From positions 27,528,001 to 27,592,000 of the forward strand of contig NC_043014.1 in NCBI RefSeq assembly GCF_006345805.1: a DNA stretch of 64,000 nucleotides, written 5' to 3'. The notes under the pieces were generated by a model. That model saw only the letters and a program-made list of their open reading frames with translations, was not told the DNA's origin and made no database searches. The DNA comes from Octopus sinensis. Its lineage: Eukaryota. The first letter of the stretch is position 1; each line of letters begins with the position of its first letter. Made by a program: the position numbers and the translations under genes. Below are positions 61,895 through 64,000 of this stretch, in pieces.

Positions 61895-62002
61895 GACTGG
61901 AGCCTGGTGCAGCCTTCTGGCTTCCCAGAACCCCGGTCGAACCGTCCAACCCATGCTAGCATGGAGAACGGACGTTAAACGACGATGATGATGATGATGA
62001 TG
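61895..62002 (+). mobile_element. 5'-truncated RTE-tail insertion (young, CpG intact)
   Basis: GGAGCCTGGTGCAGCC...CGAACCGTCCAACCCATGCTAGCATGGAGAACGGACGTTAAAC(GAT)n. A similar short copy lies in reverse at 41395-41442. Confidence 0.75.
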
Positions 62003-62121
62003 AAGAGTGTACATAATTTTGATTTTAGCTATTTAGATGAATTGCAGTTTGTGTGTGTGTGTGTATATATATGTATGTATATATGCACACACACATATCA
62101 TTTCATTTGTTTATAAACCAG

Positions 62122-62652
62122 GATAAAAAGAACAAGAGGAATAAGAAGGCAAAGCAACACAATATAAATTCAAAACAGACATTTCCATTACCAACTGGAC
62201 TGAAGACTTCTCCAGATCTGCATGTTGTTTATGACCAGCTGAAAGATACTGTCAATACCAAGCAGATGCGACAGACTGGAGTTGCAGATAAAAAGATAAA
62301 ACACAAGCTAAATCGTTATTTTGATATGGTTGCTAAAAGTAATCTATTAAATGAGGTGTCATCTACTGCTGTTAATAATAATGAGGACAATAAGAAAGAA
62401 CCTGTTCTTTTAAATGATAATGAGAACAACAAAAAAGGACCTGATAATAAGAGCAATAAAAATAATAAGAAGAAGCACAATAACAATATTGGTAATGGTA
62501 GCAGCAATACTAAGGTTAAAAGTGTGAAACCTGCCAAAGCAGGTCAACCACTACAACTGGCAGAAAACTTTAAAAACTTTTGTGAATCACCACCAGCATT
62601 TTTCCAGAATGCTGTTTCAAAGGTTAAAATGTCTGCAACTAGAAAAAAAAAT
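62122..62652 (+). CDS. RRP1: RRP1-like exon 10 (gene continues beyond window)
   Basis: Acceptor aaaccag|GAT, donor AAT|GTAAGT, 531 nt, phase 0/0, inside ORF 62053..62691. K/N-rich. No convincing next exon or stop exon found before 64000. Confidence 0.82.
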
Positions 62653-63218
62653 GTAAGTCTTACTATTTCTTTTTCCTACATTTTGCACTGATCTTTTTGG
62701 TATTTTAACTACTGTATTTATTTGTGCATAATCTGCATTTGTTTTCTTGAAAAAATGGTGGTATGTTTTCTACAGTGTTGTTTTCCAGCTTCGTCTCACT
62801 TTCAGTTATTTTTTTTGTCATTTAGTATTCATAACCTTCTAATGTTTCTATACAGAAATGACTGTAAATCTGACTGGACACTATAATACTAAAGAAAAGT
62901 CAGTGTGTGCTATACTTGTGTTATCACTAAATTTTAGGAGTCAGTGTACATAAAAAATTTTTGCCTTGCACAAAATTTTCCCTGTGACAAATGTATGTGT
63001 GCACTAATGTACTGTTTTTTTTCTTCTCTTTGGTACTCTGGTTGCAAACCAGGTGTACATATACACATACAGAGTTTTGAAGGGACAGTGCACATGAAAC
63101 TTTTTCCTAATTCCTTCTTATTTTTTTAAATTCTGTATTTTACATATGCACACAAGTGGACAGGTTTGATTCCTAACAGGTCATACTATCATACCAGTCT
63201 TTCTCATTGGGGTGTGTG

Positions 63219-63259
<41 letters not shown>

Positions 63260-64000
63260 GTTTGTATGGTTAACAGCATGTCATCATTTTGATGACATGT
63301 TTGTTTATTCTTAAAAAGTTTTGGGAGATTCCAATGCAAATATGTAAATGCTGTTGTGTTCATCACAGGAGATCAGCTTCTTTACAATGAATACATGTTC
63401 ATAACACACTTGATTCATTAGTACAAGGGATTCTGTCTGGGATGCTAGTGTTTTGACATGTTGTATCCTGTCAGCTAAATGTACATGGACCATTGAATCT
63501 AACAAGAACTGATGGCCTTGTATATAATTTGAGTACAAACTGTTTACTGATCCATGCTGATATCTGCCAACCAATAAAAAAAATGTCATTTGCATGGTGA
63601 ACATGTTCTGAATTTGTGTTTATACAAGAGTGTGCATAATTTTGATTTTAGCTATTTAGATGAATTGCAGTTGTCAAGTAGTGGGGAAACATTCCCCACT
63701 GCTTAGCAGTGTTGGTTTCTTTGCATCCCTGTAACTTAGTGGTTTGGTCAAAGAGACTGATAGAATAAGTACCATACATAAAAATAAGTACTAGGGTCAA
63801 TTTGTTTGACTAAATTCGTCAAGGTGGTGCCCTAGCATAGCCACAGTCCAAAGACTGAAACAAGTAACAATTAATGTTTCTATTTCTACTATATAGATTT
63901 TTTTTTTTATTAGAGCAAAGAAACAGGCCTGAAAGGACTGGGTGTGGAGAACTATATCAGGTAGCTAGAATGGAATCTAGGAGACAGGTATATGTAGTTA

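Noticed and set aside
62789-62860. Candidate next RRP1 exon after ttttccag
   Set aside because: Reads LRLTFSYFFCHLVFITF-stop without the expected RRP1B-type V.F...N motif; the true next exon is probably outside the window.

Overview
AT-rich, repeat-dense animal genomic DNA. The SINE, RTE and mariner repeat families and the microsatellites point to an octopod cephalopod (Octopus sp.); this is an inference from repeat recognition, not a database result. Two spliced protein-coding genes lie on the + strand, both reconstructed by hand with phase-consistent GT-AG junctions. (1) The 3' part of a BBX/bobby-sox HMG-box transcription factor: 7 exons, 2454-20932, about 723 aa in the window, starting at the end of the HMG box. 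(2) The 5' part of an RRP1/RRP1B (Nop52-domain) ribosome-biogenesis gene: 10 exons, 42762-62652, 919 codons, with a ~200-aa acidic tract, continuing beyond the window. Introns and the intergenic region hold decayed RTE, CR1, CRE-like, Penelope, Ty3/Gypsy, mariner (DD34D and maT-like) and Helitron-like elements, piggyBac-type MITEs and tRNA-derived SINEs. No intact tRNA, rRNA, CRISPR array or autonomous transposon was seen, and most ORFs in the supplied track are artefacts or TE fragments. I found no clearly novel biological system. The best second-look items are two decayed hammerhead-ribozyme motifs in BBX introns (one enclosed by an inverted SINE pair), a direct-repeat-flanked hairpin, clustered E-boxes in RRP1 intron 1, a stop-creating tandem splice donor, and short near-perfect duplications next to RTE-tailed repeats.
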